Assembly (NCBI RefSeq): GCF_040938485.1
Contig: NW_027271809.1
Coordinates: forward strand, 992,001-1,056,000
Reading direction: 5' to 3'
DNA from: Diadema antillarum
Taxonomy: Eukaryota
DNA length: 64,000 bases
Positions 1-13,220 of this stretch are shown here, one piece after another. The first letter of the stretch is position 1; each line of letters begins with the position of its first letter. The notes beneath the pieces are model-generated. The model had not been told where the DNA came from. It saw only the letters and a list, made by a program, of their open reading frames with translations, and made no database searches. The translations under genes and the position numbers were made by a program.

Positions 1-93
1 CACAAATATCTTATATTAGCCATAAAACCCTGCCCCCCCAAAAAAAAACAACAACCTCTTTTGAAGAAAAAAGAACATGTATCGTAGAATTAC

Positions 94-252
94 CCTCCCT
101 GTGGCTGTAAAGGAGAGAGATGGCGCTAGACTTCATTGTGATGCCCCGCAGCTGTTCATCCTCCCTGCTGTCCATGTAGCGGAGTTTGCCCGCCATTCGG
201 GAGGAGATGATGCCATTGCTGGAGACAAGTGCATCAGCCAGTGTAGTCTTGC
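94..252 (-). CDS. EFL1: Elongation factor-like GTPase 1, coding exon 2 (gene continues off the left edge)
   Basis: Translates (G)[52 protein letters not shown], the G1/switch I region of EFL1/Ria1. Acceptor CATCCAG ends at 253 and donor GTAATT starts at 93. The exon is 159 nt, phase 1-1. Confidence 0.93.
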
Positions 253-1120
253 CTGGATGGAGGGTGAACAATGACAGAGATGAAAAAGACTCTCTTCTAT
301 TTAAAATCTTGCTGGTTATCTCTGACCTATGAGAAGGCCCAAATTGGTATTGACATGTTATAGTCATAATGTCGTGTTGAATCAGTCGTTACTGCATGAG
401 CCCCAAGCAAAGCTATATGACAGGGGTGGCCCTAAAAGGTTCCCAACAATCCCTCATATCCCTTGAGCATATCACACTTACAAGTGATATTATTGTTATC
501 ACATCTAGTGAATTGCAGTCATGGTTGATTGTCTGTCATTGATTTATAAGTGAACACCATTCCATTCGCAAAGTTTCAGTTGACATTCAGAACTATGAAA
601 TGAGAACTGTAACAGAGTATTGTTCAGTTACTGTAGAGTTGTTGAGATCCCTGATAAAGTCTGCACGTCCTATTGGCTTCAATCTTGATCACTGTTATCC
701 CCCTATCTTGAAATAACAAGTAATAAATAAAGTATACTTTTTTGGATAAATGTTCTGACAAGTAGCATACTAGAATTTTCACTCTGTGCAAACAAGGAAT
801 AAATTGCTGACGTCAAAACTTTACATTTAAAGAAGCATTGTTAAATATTGTCTGAGAAAACATAGACATAGCTGCATATACTTCAGAGGTAGAAAATGCT
901 CTCCGGTTGTCTTTCAAGAAAAGATGAAAACTTTGCTTGGATTTTGTGAGGTTGCACATACACTATTTGATATATATATACATATTTTTTGAATCAATGT
1001 ATGTACAGACATCATAGAACATTTGTGAAAATGAAACTTCTACAGGAATACAAGCTATAAAGACTGTAATTCAAATAAGAAATTTCTGACCATACATATT
1101 TGCAAAAAATGCTTTCTTAC

Positions 1121-1211
1121 CATGGTCAACATGAGCCAATATGCAGATGTTCCTGATTCTATCTGCATTCTTCTGCAATTCAGCCAACTTTTGAACAGGA
1201 ACAGTTCTCAT
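1121..1211 (-). CDS. EFL1: Elongation factor-like GTPase 1, coding exon 1
   Basis: ATG at 1211 gives MRTVPVQKLAELQKNADRIRNICILAHVDH+G, then donor GTAAG at 1120. It splices in frame to exon 94-252 to rebuild AHVDHGKT. Too short for the ORF track. Confidence 0.93.
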
Positions 1212-2406
1212 GGTTGGTGTATTCCTTCAGCAGCCAGTGAGTGGTGTGTGTATATTATAGGGAAGGTCCGGACCTCATAAGGAACCTGGGTCATATGGTC
1301 AGAGACAAAGCACATGACGAATCTCATTTCACTAACTATAAGATGCATTCTTCTGCAAGTTTATCTACAGATGTAGTATCAAGTTTACTTGATACTAGAT
1401 AGGATCACAGTGTCAATGAATTCACATACTACATAAAGCTAGGTATCACTGACAATCAGCGGACATAATATCCTCTGCGATAGGTTAATTATTGATCCAC
1501 TGCTTGAGATAATAATGCAGCGTCCATTCATTTAAAATCATGAATGAAGGACGAAAGTTTACCACTGGTTGCATTCCGTGCGTTGTGTGCCAATGCACAG
1601 CACCCTACTGTTTGTCTCTTCTCAATCTAGCCCGACCAGATGCTGTGCGAAGCACAGCGTCAGACAGACCGGGCCTCGCCATCAAAGTGGGGAACCACAA
1701 CACAACTACAAAACTTACAACAATTTATACATTACTTACAGACATTTGTACGTTACTCACGTAAAGTGCATGCTTATATCATTGAAGGTACATAAGCCCA
1801 TCATAGAAAGCCCTCACGATAAGTCCATTTAACAAAAAAATGGCACTTTCTAGCACAATCCCCGACCATCGGGGTTCATCGTTGCAGAATTCAAAATGGC
1901 GTGTTGACCACTCAGCAAATGCAAATTATGTATGCGTGGCGGGAAGTGCAGCGATCTACTGCGTGCGTGCGCTCTTTGGTAGCAGCACGGTCGACAGCGT
2001 GAACTTTAAAAGTGCATTCAGATCGCGAGAACTCCCGATCATCAGATGTACCGTTCGCACATGCTGCATTAGACAGAAAGATCCGTCTGTCCGGAGGAGT
2101 CGTTTATTTTTTTTACGTTATCGCTCTCCTCCGTAGACAGACGGAAGTTGATAGTACACATCGCTGTGTGGATGGTCTTAACCACTGTCTCTATGGAAAA
2201 TTGGGTGAGGTACCTCACCCTTCTCGATTGCGTCTAATTCACGGCCCTAGGTCGGCAAATTTAAGCTTGTATATCAAAATCAACATTTCAAAAATGCACT
2301 ACACTCACCAGATTAATGAATAATCCAACATTTTGGTAGAATTTTCAACGTAAAACACCCATCAACCAGCCCGTTGCGTCGTCACGTTCAAACTGCAGAA
2401 ACATAT

Positions 2407-2503
2407 GAATCCCTTAGCCAATCGCATGCGAGGTAGTTTCTACGTGTTTTTTTAATTAAAACATGTACCTCTCATGTGATTGGCTAACAGATTCAAAATG
2501 GCG
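2407..2503. promoter_or_regulatory. Imperfect inverted repeat with a CCAAT box in each arm, followed by a YY1-like CAAAATGGCG
   Basis: GAATCCCTTAGCCAATCGCATGCGAGGTA (2407-2435) pairs with 2466-2494 (reverse complement GAATCTGTTAGCCAATCACATGAGAGGTA), 25/29 matches. CCAAT at 2418, ATTGG at 2479. Lies between the EFL1 and NUDT12 start codons. Function is inferred only. Confidence 0.4.
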
Positions 2504-5500
2504 ACTTACTGCTAGCGAACGGCGATGTTGCGATATGGATAAAATTTCTGCGTTATAACCTAGTTACTGTGAGTATTTCGATTGCACAATGTGAGAAATT
2601 TACCCCAAATATTGCTGCATAATGTGTCATGTCCTGTCAAACTTGTTTGAATGTAAAAAAGCTGTCTGAAATTTGGTTTATCGTAACGTTTGATCTGTGC
2701 GCGACCGCTGGCAGCGCATCCACACAGGAGCCAGGATCATTGACTTCGGTCTGTATAAGGAGGGATCCGTGAAGCCAGATGCAGTCTCCGCGGAACATTT
2801 CCCCGATGACCAGATACAGACCGATCTTTCAGTCAAATGCTGCATATACTCTTCATTTTCGGTAAGTTGTGAAATGTGTAGGCCTACCTGGTATGTCAAT
2901 ATTGATAGCATAGATATGACAGTCTCATTAATGAAGATCTACATTACTCATTAGATGATCGATGAGTTACGTTTGAGCGCTTGAGGTGACAAAAAATGAT
3001 CTCAAGTATCAAAACTCAAAGCCATCGCAAAGCCATCGCTGAGCTCTCTTTGTGTTGTGGGTCGTGCCGGTACAGCCCTGTCACTATTTTACAGCGACTG
3101 GGCTGTGTATAGACTAGTTATTCTCAATCACGCTTGCGCCTCAGTCATACATAGCACAGAGCAGGGAAGGGCGTTAACTGCGACCAGCCCCAACGTGCAG
3201 CGTTGGGGCTACGCCGTTTTCGCATTCAGATCGAGGAGTTGTACAAAACGGTGCCATTTCAGCGCTATATTTCCTTAATTTTTCAACAAAAACTACTAGG
3301 AATACTTACATGGGTCGATTAATCCTAAATGATTAATTTCGGTGACTGTTTGATGCATTTCATTGCTTATGATGCAGAAAATGTTGTCTTAAAGGCGAAT
3401 ATCTTCAGCTCACCGATGCTCACTAAAACTCACAATCACTTGCACATGCGCACAGCATGCATGCAGTGCAGTGCATTGACAGCTGTATTGCTGGCTACAT
3501 GATGCATATTCATTTCACCTTATAAGCACCGTGCGATGGTGCATCATTCATATCCTTGAGTGTCCGTAACGTTGACATCATTGTTTACGCATGCGTAGAT
3601 ATGTACTAATGGATATAGCAGCAAGTCTCTCCACTGTTGCACTAGGGCAGGCCGCTTATTACTCCTAAAAAATGTGGAAATTTTGCAGAACCTAGATAAA
3701 TGGGTGAGAAGAACCAAGTCGAAAAGGTAACGTATATTTCATTTTCTATTGTCACAGTGTTTATGATAGAAATTTAGTCGTGCTTTATTTGTGAAGTCGC
3801 CGTGAATGTGGCAATGGAGTTATTCGTAATTTTTGCTCCCGCTCAGCTGCGCAGCTGCGAGGTAGCCGCCAGGACCGCGCCTTGCGGCGCGGTCTCTGGG
3901 GCTAGGAAGGGCGTTAGAATTAGAGCAACCGTAAAGTGCACAATTGCCTTATAGTGTAGTCCATAGTGTCTATATCGGTTATTGTGTATTTTAAAAGTGA
4001 ACCATAGACGTCTAGTAAATTTTATAACCTACAATAACTACATGCATATGCATCCAACATTATGTTACATTTCTGGGACTATCATGATTTAAATGTCAGT
4101 GTAGACAGCTGGTGATTAGCTGCACACTAACGTTAGTCAGTGCAAGCGGTTCGGTTCGTAGTAGCTGCCAGAGAAATATGACATTGAATATGAAATGCCT
4201 CAAGTTAACCTGACATTACTATCAAATCGGCGTAAACTTACGTTTCCCAGAACAAACACCTTGGCTTCTTGACAGGACGGAACTCAGATGCGTCTTTTTC
4301 CTTCAATCCGTGCATGTGTTACGTACGGGCTACACTTACCGGTGCACATGCAAAATGCACCGAATTGCCGAAATGCAGTGCCAGTGGTGCAAGATTTACG
4401 TGTTTGCTAGACTCTTTTTAGTTGTTTTTCGAAAGAATCAATGAGGTATACCAGCCGTAATGTTACCACCTCCATAGGGAAATAATATCACCCTTCTGCT
4501 AAGGCTATCAGTCTCGGCGTTGCAACTCGTACGCAATACAGTACATACTACTAGTAGTAGGTAGCTAGGTGGTTGTAAACCCTCGTCAAGAATGTGTGAT
4601 CAAGGTTGGGGAATATTGGGAGATAGACAAAATATTGAAGGTAAGCCCTCCAATCTGTGATATTACATATCACTAATGAACGCGATCCCCAATTACTACT
4701 GATTAGTAGGTAAGCTTCTGTTGTCGTCCGCCTATATGACGTATTTATAATTATCATCGCTGTGATCATGGCATGATTTTGCAGAATTTACAAAGTAAAT
4801 ATTGTCTTATTGACCATGGCATAAATCAGCTGTTGATTTGTAGCACAGTGAGCTAGGTGCTCACTGCACAGCGAACTGTGAGTGTTGTGCAGCATTGAAT
4901 GTAGAGTCTAGAGAGATATTTTAAGTGTGCCTGACAACTAGCCAACAAGTTTTAGTAGTATTACTAATTGTAAACAAAAGACATTTCTTGTTTAGCCCAG
5001 CTATTGCATTTTAAGAAATGTGATGGTTTAGTATAGCCCCGAGCAAAGACAATGCGAACGAGGATTTTGTTTTTGTAGTTTGCACTGTTTTGTACTTGTT
5101 ATGTGTCACTGCTTATCTCATTGTATTGGCTGAAATTATTCAAGCACTTGTCAGTTTTTCGAAGGATGCACGAAAGAATTCCGTGTAGACATAGATGTGG
5201 TCTATATGTTCATGGTGTTGTGCCTTCTTGGCTTTGATGTTGATGTTTGATGCTGCCATCTTTCTGAGCAATCTTAAAACATTCATTTAAACACTAATAT
5301 AAAGTTAGTACGTTTTGAATGTTTATTCATTTAATTTCACCTAAATGATGAAATATATATAAAACAAAAGTCAGTTCTGTCCAGAAATAGTATTAGTAGG
5401 AAAAGGAACCACAGTGGAATACCTCATCAATTTACATGATGATAGTGCCATAACACACACCCAACACTAATCTATAAACTTATATTCTTGGAGAAAAATA

Positions 5501-5755
5501 TATGCCATTAACTCATTTATACACTTCTGTAATAGCACTCTACAAATATTTGCTCCTGATCATTTTTATCGAATGCACAGTTATAGATCAAAGGGAAATC
5601 ATAACTTCGTTCTTTCACACGATGGCAGCTCAGTCATAGTCCAAATTTAGAAGAGTGATGATGATCTGTGTCTCATTCATAACATTCTGGTTTCCAGGTG
5701 GATCAAGATCAGATTAAAGAGCCTTCAATAAATTCAGCTACGGGACCAAACCAAG

Positions 5756-5970
5756 ATGGATCTCACAGTCAGGGACGCCACCTCTCCCAGAGAGCAAATC
5801 CTCAGCCAGCTCCAGAGCGGTGCTGCACAGGGTGACAGTGCCAAGGTCGCCCGCATGCTCAAGGCTTTGAAGACCGGTCTCGACGAGCGCAACGAGCAGG
5901 GCTGGACGGCCATGATGCTCGCATCCCGCAATGGCCATACCGAGGTGGTCAAGCTCCTGTTAGACTGTGG
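5756..5970 (+). CDS. NUDT12: NUDT12 (NAD-capped RNA hydrolase / NADH pyrophosphatase) coding exon 1, ankyrin repeats
   Basis: Contains the ankyrin motif GWTAMMLASRNGHTEVVKLLLDCG. Upstream acceptor TTTCCAG ends at 5697; donor GTGAGT at 5971 (phase 2). Confidence 0.92.
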
Positions 5971-6808
5971 GTGAGTGAATGGTCAAGTTTTGCGAACGGG
6001 GAAGGTAGTATCTTTTTTTTTATTTTTGTTTGTTTGTTTTGTTCATTTATCTTGCTGCGCACTGACCACAGTTGAGTTTTTTCATGCTATAAAGGACATA
6101 CAGCCAAAGGACTTTTGGAGAGCAAATGGAATCAATGCAAATGAGAATTTGACTACTGTGTAAATTTTGTATACACTCAGAAGATTGGAATCATTTTTGT
6201 TTTTGTTCTGGAAAGAGGAATAGGCAATGTTTCAGTTATATGTATGAGACATTCTTTCATGTAAGATTTGACATGAGCCAAAAGTTGTGGTCTTTTCATG
6301 TGCAGATCTGAAGCACTTGCAAAAAATCAGAAAAATACCAAGAAAATCTGACCGTTTCATTGCCAACTGTAATACTGGGTACTTGAAAATTACATCTTGG
6401 GGCCTCCTCTTCATAGTAGATTTACGATAGATGGACTTCAGTGTTTTCTTTTGTTGAGCATAGATTCTTCAAGTTGAAGGAAAGAAAGAGAGCAATAAAA
6501 CTATAAACAGTGTCCCCCAACAGTGCATGAGTAGGTATTAAAAGCAGAAGTTGATCCAACAAAGCAGCAATTTGCACTATCTACTTTTATATCTTTTATC
6601 AATGTAAATGTCCTAAAGGGGAAAGGAATAAGTATTATCAAACTTTCGGTGTTTTCTCGTATAGATGATGCTTTTAGTATCTGCCCTTTTGACTTCACAT
6701 CCCTGGTATCAATTGATCATTTGCTATAATCCCTCCAGCCAAGTATTACATTGCTCTGTTTTGATGTGTTTGCATTATTTGTGTGCATGAATTTCTTAAT
6801 GTATGCAG

Positions 6809-7500
6809 GTGCGATCCACTTCTCCGCAACAAATCAGGGCAAAACTCTCTGGACATTGCTGAGTTCTGGGACCACTCTTCAGTGGTCAGTCTCTTGCGGA
6901 GTGATCCACAGGCCAAGAAGGCCGCTGAGAAGGATGTGGTCAACTTCTTTGGTGTCAATCCTCTGGATCGGCAGAGCCACCGACGTACTGACCGACAGTG
7001 GCTGGACGACGCCATGAGAGATCCCACCACCACCTATGTGCTCTACCGAGACCTGAACCCTTACGTCACCCCTTCAGAGAGCAGTGATGGATCGTTCCAG
7101 TATGCCCTTGCTGCATACACGTATGGGGAGATCTCCTTCGCTTTGAATGAGGCGGAATCTTCCACTGTCTTTTTAGGTGTGGGACCAGTGCACCAGAGTC
7201 TGAAGGCCTCTCCAAAGCAGGAGCAAAATGCAGGAGAGGGCCAGCAGGAAGAAGGGGCGTGGTTTGCCCTGGATGTGACAAGTATACCGGAGGAGAAGAT
7301 GCAGGAAGTGAAGCCGGAGGCTGAGGCCTTATCTAGGAGGAACAGATTGGCGCTCATGACGTTAAGAGAGGAGGATGCTGGTATCATCGCTCAGGGGAGG
7401 TCCATGCTGGCCTGGCACGACCGTTACAAGTTCTGCCCAACCTGTGGGGCCAAGACAACGATGGCAGATGCAGGATACAAGAGGATATGCACCATAGAGG
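6809..7500 (+). CDS. NUDT12: NUDT12 coding exon 2
   Basis: Acceptor ATGCAG ends at 6808. Encodes DIAEFWDH, NFFGVNPLDRQSHRRTD, WFALDV and IIAQGRSMLAWHDRYKFCPTCG (NudC N-terminal region and start of the zinc ribbon). Donor GT at 7501 (phase 1). Confidence 0.93.
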
Positions 7501-7649
7501 GTGAACTATTATTCGTATCAATGCTATTTTGAATAGACATGCATTGAGGTGATCTGTAATTGAAGAATATTAACTGATAGAGAGATACATAAGACATATA
7601 ATTACCAAAGAATGTAAATGGATTTAAGAATTTATTCAAGAATGTTTAA

Positions 7650-8036
7650 AGGGACTGTACAGTACTGGTTGAGGTAGGGATTCATGTTTTGAACATTCGT
7701 GAGTGAGATAATGGAAAGCCTCTTATGAAATATGAAAGAGCATGTAATTTTAAGAAAGATTCAATGTTTATTTGATGAAAATTGGTTTTCAAATGGCTGA
7801 GATATCCAAAAAAGTGCTAATAATAAAAGGCGACATGCCACAACTTTATTAGGATCTCTTTGTTTCACCTTGTTTTTGGATATCTCAGCCATTTCAAAAC
7901 TGATTTTCATCGAATAAACTTTCGATACCCCTTAGAACTGCATGCTCTTTGACATCTTATAGAGTGGTTTCTGAAGGTCTATCTCGCAAAACGTTAAAAG
8001 CTAAATCTTCACCTCGACCAGAACTGTACACACCCT
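7650..8036. mobile_element. Kolobok-like MITE, family A, copy 1 (NUDT12 intron 2)
   Basis: TTAA|AGGG...CCCT|TTAA with imperfect TIRs (AGGGACTGTACAGTACTGGTTGAGGT vs AGGGTGTGTACAGTTCTGGTCGAGGT). Homologous copies at 22251-22655 and 58304-58688. Confidence 0.8.
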
Positions 8037-8172
8037 TTAAAGTAGTGAATGGCCAATGAATTTGCATCATGTTTAGATTATCAGATGCTGAAAATTTTGA
8101 ATTCTTTCACTTCCATTCCTGAAACTTTAAAAAAAAAAAAAGCCCTGCAGAAGTGAATTGTATTGGTGCTGA

Positions 8173-8472
<300 letters not shown>

Positions 8473-8965
8473 TGAGTGTTGTTCATTCCTCATGTAACTC
8501 TCTATTTATAGGTACATGTAAATGTATTTTTGTCTCTGTACAGTAATATCCATTTAAAGGTTTTATGACATGCAAATGCACATTGATTTGTGTTGATTCA
8601 AGATACCCTCAGCATCATTTTGTGGTGAAATGAATATCTAGAAACTTTCCATACAGAATTACAATAATCTTTCTTGTATTTTTCTTCAGATTTCTTAGAT
8701 ACACCCACAAAAAAACCTTCCAAACCAATATTCTGGTTGCGATCTGTCTATCATTGCTAAAGTACTGATATGTTTACCAAAAGACATTGGAATGCACCTT
8801 CCCCTCAACTCAGCATAACTTGCATGTTTCTGTGATATTAATGTAACTAACACAAGACATGGCGAGGGAACATGCAAGTTATGCTCGGTCTCGGGGAGGG
8901 TGCATTTAAAAATATATGGATTGTTTCTAGATATTCGTTTCACTGCAAAAGTAATGTTGATGGTA

Positions 8966-10193
8966 CTAGGTGTTTCAAAAAACATTTCCCACTTTTGATC
9001 ATTAATAATTCTGAAACTGTTCATTCGATAAAACTGTCATTGATATGAGTAATAGCTGAATAGTGTACAATTTTGTTGAAGGTAATTTGAATGTGAAAGC
9101 ATAAATCAGTTTCATTAAATCTAAGATTGATTTTGAAGTAAGGTTTCAGATTTTGGTCAAATTTTAACCCTCTGTACAAAAATAAACTTTACACAGAAAC
9201 CAATGATGTGTATGTGAGTGTGTGCTGACAATGGCCCTGAACAATAGACATGCCTGAACCACCTGTTGACGGGTCGTCAGTCTCGCGCTCCCTGGCACAT
9301 GAATGCTTAATCAATAATTCATGTTGATTGCCCTGGGCACTGCTAGTCTGAATTCATGCTCGGTAAAGGGTAAAATGCATGCACATGGAAAAAGTAAGCA
9401 CATGTTTCCATGTGCTTGCAAACACCATATTTCATTCCAGCTGGCAATCATTTTCAAATTTTGCTTCACATATCACTAAATTTGGGATATAATCAAGCAT
9501 TTAATGATCTAAAGTTCCTCATTTTTATACAACTGTCTATGTATACTAATTAAATAGTCTGACAAATTTTCGCTTTTTCGATAAAAAGAGATCATTTTTG
9601 GTAAAGAGTTCAGCAGCATTTATCATTGGGGCGATTTGTTTCACAGTAAATTTATTTAAGGCTCCATATACACAAGAGTGTATACTCTAATTGATTTTCT
9701 TTTCTTCCTGTCACCATGTTTAGGATAGATCAGAAGGTATTCATTGTAATTTCGTTTTTCAGAAGTAGGGAGAGGACTGTCGCGACTCAAAGACAGTATC
9801 GGCAGGTGTTTGACTTTACACAGATACTGCCAGAGCCTGAATAAAGACTAGTTGTGACAGTGAAATTTCTCATGAATAAATAATGAAGCATTCAAACCCT
9901 GGCCATTGTTCAGGACCATTGTCAGGTGTTAACCACACACTCCCATACACACCCATTGACCACTGTGCAAAGTAAAATTTTGTACAGAGGGTTGAAAATA
10001 GAGCAAAATCTGGAACCTAACTGTGAAATTAATCATGGATTTCATGAAACTGATTTATGCTTTCATATTCAAACCACCTTCAACCAAATTGTACAGTATT
10101 CAGCTATCACTCACATCAATGACAATGGTATCTGATATATAGTTTATGAATTATTAAGAATCAAAAGTGGGAAATGTTTTTTGAAACACCTAG
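8966..10193. mobile_element. Tc1/mariner-like non-autonomous element with ~280 bp TIRs (NUDT12 intron 3)
   Basis: TA|CTAGGTGTTTCAAAAAACATTTCCCACTTTTGAT at the left, with its exact reverse complement ending at 10193 followed by TA. Inverted similarity continues to about 9245/9905 (CTGACAATGGCCCTGAACAAT). Confidence 0.85.
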
Positions 10194-10543
10194 TATCATG
10201 AATCAACACAAATCAATGTGCATTTGTATGTCATAAAACCTTTAACAGTCTGCACTGGAGAGACGGAAAGGATAGTGACATTGATGTCATGAATCCTCAT
10301 ACTATGTGTACATTATAGCAAACTACAAAGGGAGCACCTCTGTGTTGATGCTCTGCTTAGCAGCATAAAGAGATTATCATGTAGTTTTTGTCATGGTACA
10401 ACCAAAAGCTGTGAAATGATGTTGGCATTGTTGCAGAATAAGGAGTTAGTGACCTCCAGCTTTCCACTGTTGTTATTTGTGGCAGTCATTTCAGGGAGGG
10501 AAGGGGTCCTTTTAGTCCTGTTAGTGTCTGAAATATTCTGTAT

Positions 10544-12538
10544 AGCCCAGTGCCCACTGTGCGACCTGATCCTGCGAACTGGTACGAGTTGAAAGTGAAC
10601 TTGAGCTCACACCAGCTCTCCAGCAAGCTACTGCGATCTCATTGCAGATGCGACCTCTTCAATGCCCACTGTGCGACATATTTGCGAGCTCATGCAAGCT
10701 CCCTAGTAAAAGCCTTTTGATCCATCCCCACGCATGCATGCACGGATGAGGAATAAGCAAATTTCATATTCTTTCGCACGCCGAGCTTGTGTCCAAGGAG
10801 GGGCACAGTAGGCATACTTTGCTTGTATGGATTTGCATACAGGAATTGGTCAGGCATGCTTTATTTCATTTGTTTGCTTGTTTGTGTAACATTTATCATC
10901 AGCTTTTTTTTTTCTTTTTTCTTTTATTGAGGGTTTCAGCACTGCAGGTCAACCAATAATCAGTGGTCCTACCATGCAGGTCCAGCTTGGAGGACCCTTC
11001 AGCCCACTTCTCCTTACTGGGCTTATTGTGGTATCTGAATGCCACCACATTGTAGAGTAAGTCTTTAATTGGTCCCTGTATCACTGCACGATTAGTTCTT
11101 CTTGCTCAGGATCTGGCCTAAATGGGGCTTTAAATGGAACGCACAGTGTCATCTTATGTTAGAATATGTTACTTTTAAAGGGGAATTACAGTGCAACTGA
11201 GAGTTAAAGGTACAGTTTACCATTGGGAGCAGTGATTTAAAAAGTGTTCGAGATATCACATTTGATGCATATGTGTAGATCAGTTGTATCATAAAACATC
11301 CTACCTTGTAAGAATTTTGCAATAAAGCCTAAAATATAAGGAGGTATCACTATTTTTCTCACTAAACCATAACTGTAGACGGTTTAGTCTAGAAACATTT
11401 TCATTGTAATTATTGTTCACATTTTGTATACCGGTATTAAACAATACTTAACATTAATTGTATTGATTCAAATTTCTACATTGGTTGTTTCTATCCCTAT
11501 TTTTTTTTTTTAGAACTATTTTGAATTTTTCGAAATGAAAAAAAAAAATCTGAATATTTCTTTTTTTTTAAACTATTTTGAAGCACTATTGCTGGATTTT
11601 TGTTTCAACTGCAAATGGTAAATTATGCTTTTAATCAGAAAGGAAGGAATATTTTTCTAGCAAAAACTATTAAAATTGGAAAAAGATTAGATGAAAATAA
11701 AGAAGTTATGGCATTTTGAAGCTTCATTAATTTTTTCTAGAAACAGTTCTTGAACAATTAATACAAAAAACCAAATAGTGAAGTCTTGATTGCATTTCTT
11801 TTGTTTTTTTTACAACTTGCCATATAGATTGTACATATGTTTTTTACATTTCCAGCTTATTATTGAAGCACAATTTAGCCTGGGTCTCAAATCCTGATAA
11901 CATGTCTATCTGATCATTATTCAAGTTATCTAACTAGGATAACGTCATGTTTTACACTTTGATAACAGAAACATTGGATGTTTGTCATTACTTTTGTACT
12001 CTAGCAATGAAAAATTGAGAAGTGATGACATCATCAACTCATTTGCATATAGATATCAACTGTACAAGAACAGTTCTGCAGAAGTTAGTGACACTTCACA
12101 ATGTCATGATTTCACTGTTCTTTTTATATTTATCAAATTTTCACTTTTATATAGGCATACTTGTAAGATTTTAGTCTTTCTTATGAAACTAACCTAGATA
12201 ACTGAACTTGAATTTGTCTTTAAAACTCAACTTTCCCATGAATTCTCTGAGTTTTGTATCCTTTTGGAAGGACGAGCAGATATTTTTGAATGCTTGCGAG
12301 CTTGCCCAGCTTGGGAGGTGCTGCGAGCTGCTGCGAGCTTGGGTTGTCCACTGTGCGACCTGCTTGCGAGTTGGTGCGAGCTAACCGCAGGTCACAAGAT
12401 TTTCTGTCCAAAACCTTGCGTGCTCAAGCTAGCTGGTGCCAGCTTTGATCGCCACTGTGCGACCTCACCGCAGCGTGCAGGAGCTTGCTCCAGCTTGCAC
12501 CAGCTCGCAAGCTCAGGTCATACAGTGGGCATTGGGCC
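10544..12538. mobile_element. PIF/Harbinger-like non-autonomous element with other transposon fragments inside (NUDT12 intron 3)
   Basis: TIRs AGCCCAGTGCCCACTGTGCGACCTGA / GGCCCAATGCCCACTGTATGACCTGA, recurring internal CCACTGTGCGAC and AGCT-rich motifs. Flanks TAT/TTA are not an exact TSD. Internal TTAAAGG starts at about 11175 and 11204 and a ...GAATTTGTCT|TTAA end at about 12223. Confidence 0.6.
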
Positions 12539-12653
12539 TTATGGTAACATTGTACTACATTGTATTAGCTCGCCTTTGCAATTTTTCACGATCTCCAACT
12601 AAGACTTGCATATTACTGTTCTTTAACCCGTTGAGTATGAGTCCCGAGTATAG

Positions 12654-13220
<567 letters not shown>

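Noticed and set aside
11-367. 118-aa minus-strand ORF as a complete protein
   Set aside because: Only 94-252 is EFL1 coding sequence; the rest is intron read-through.
6783-7532. 249-aa ORF as a stand-alone gene
   Set aside because: It is NUDT12 exon 2 plus flanking intron; splice sites define 6809-7500.
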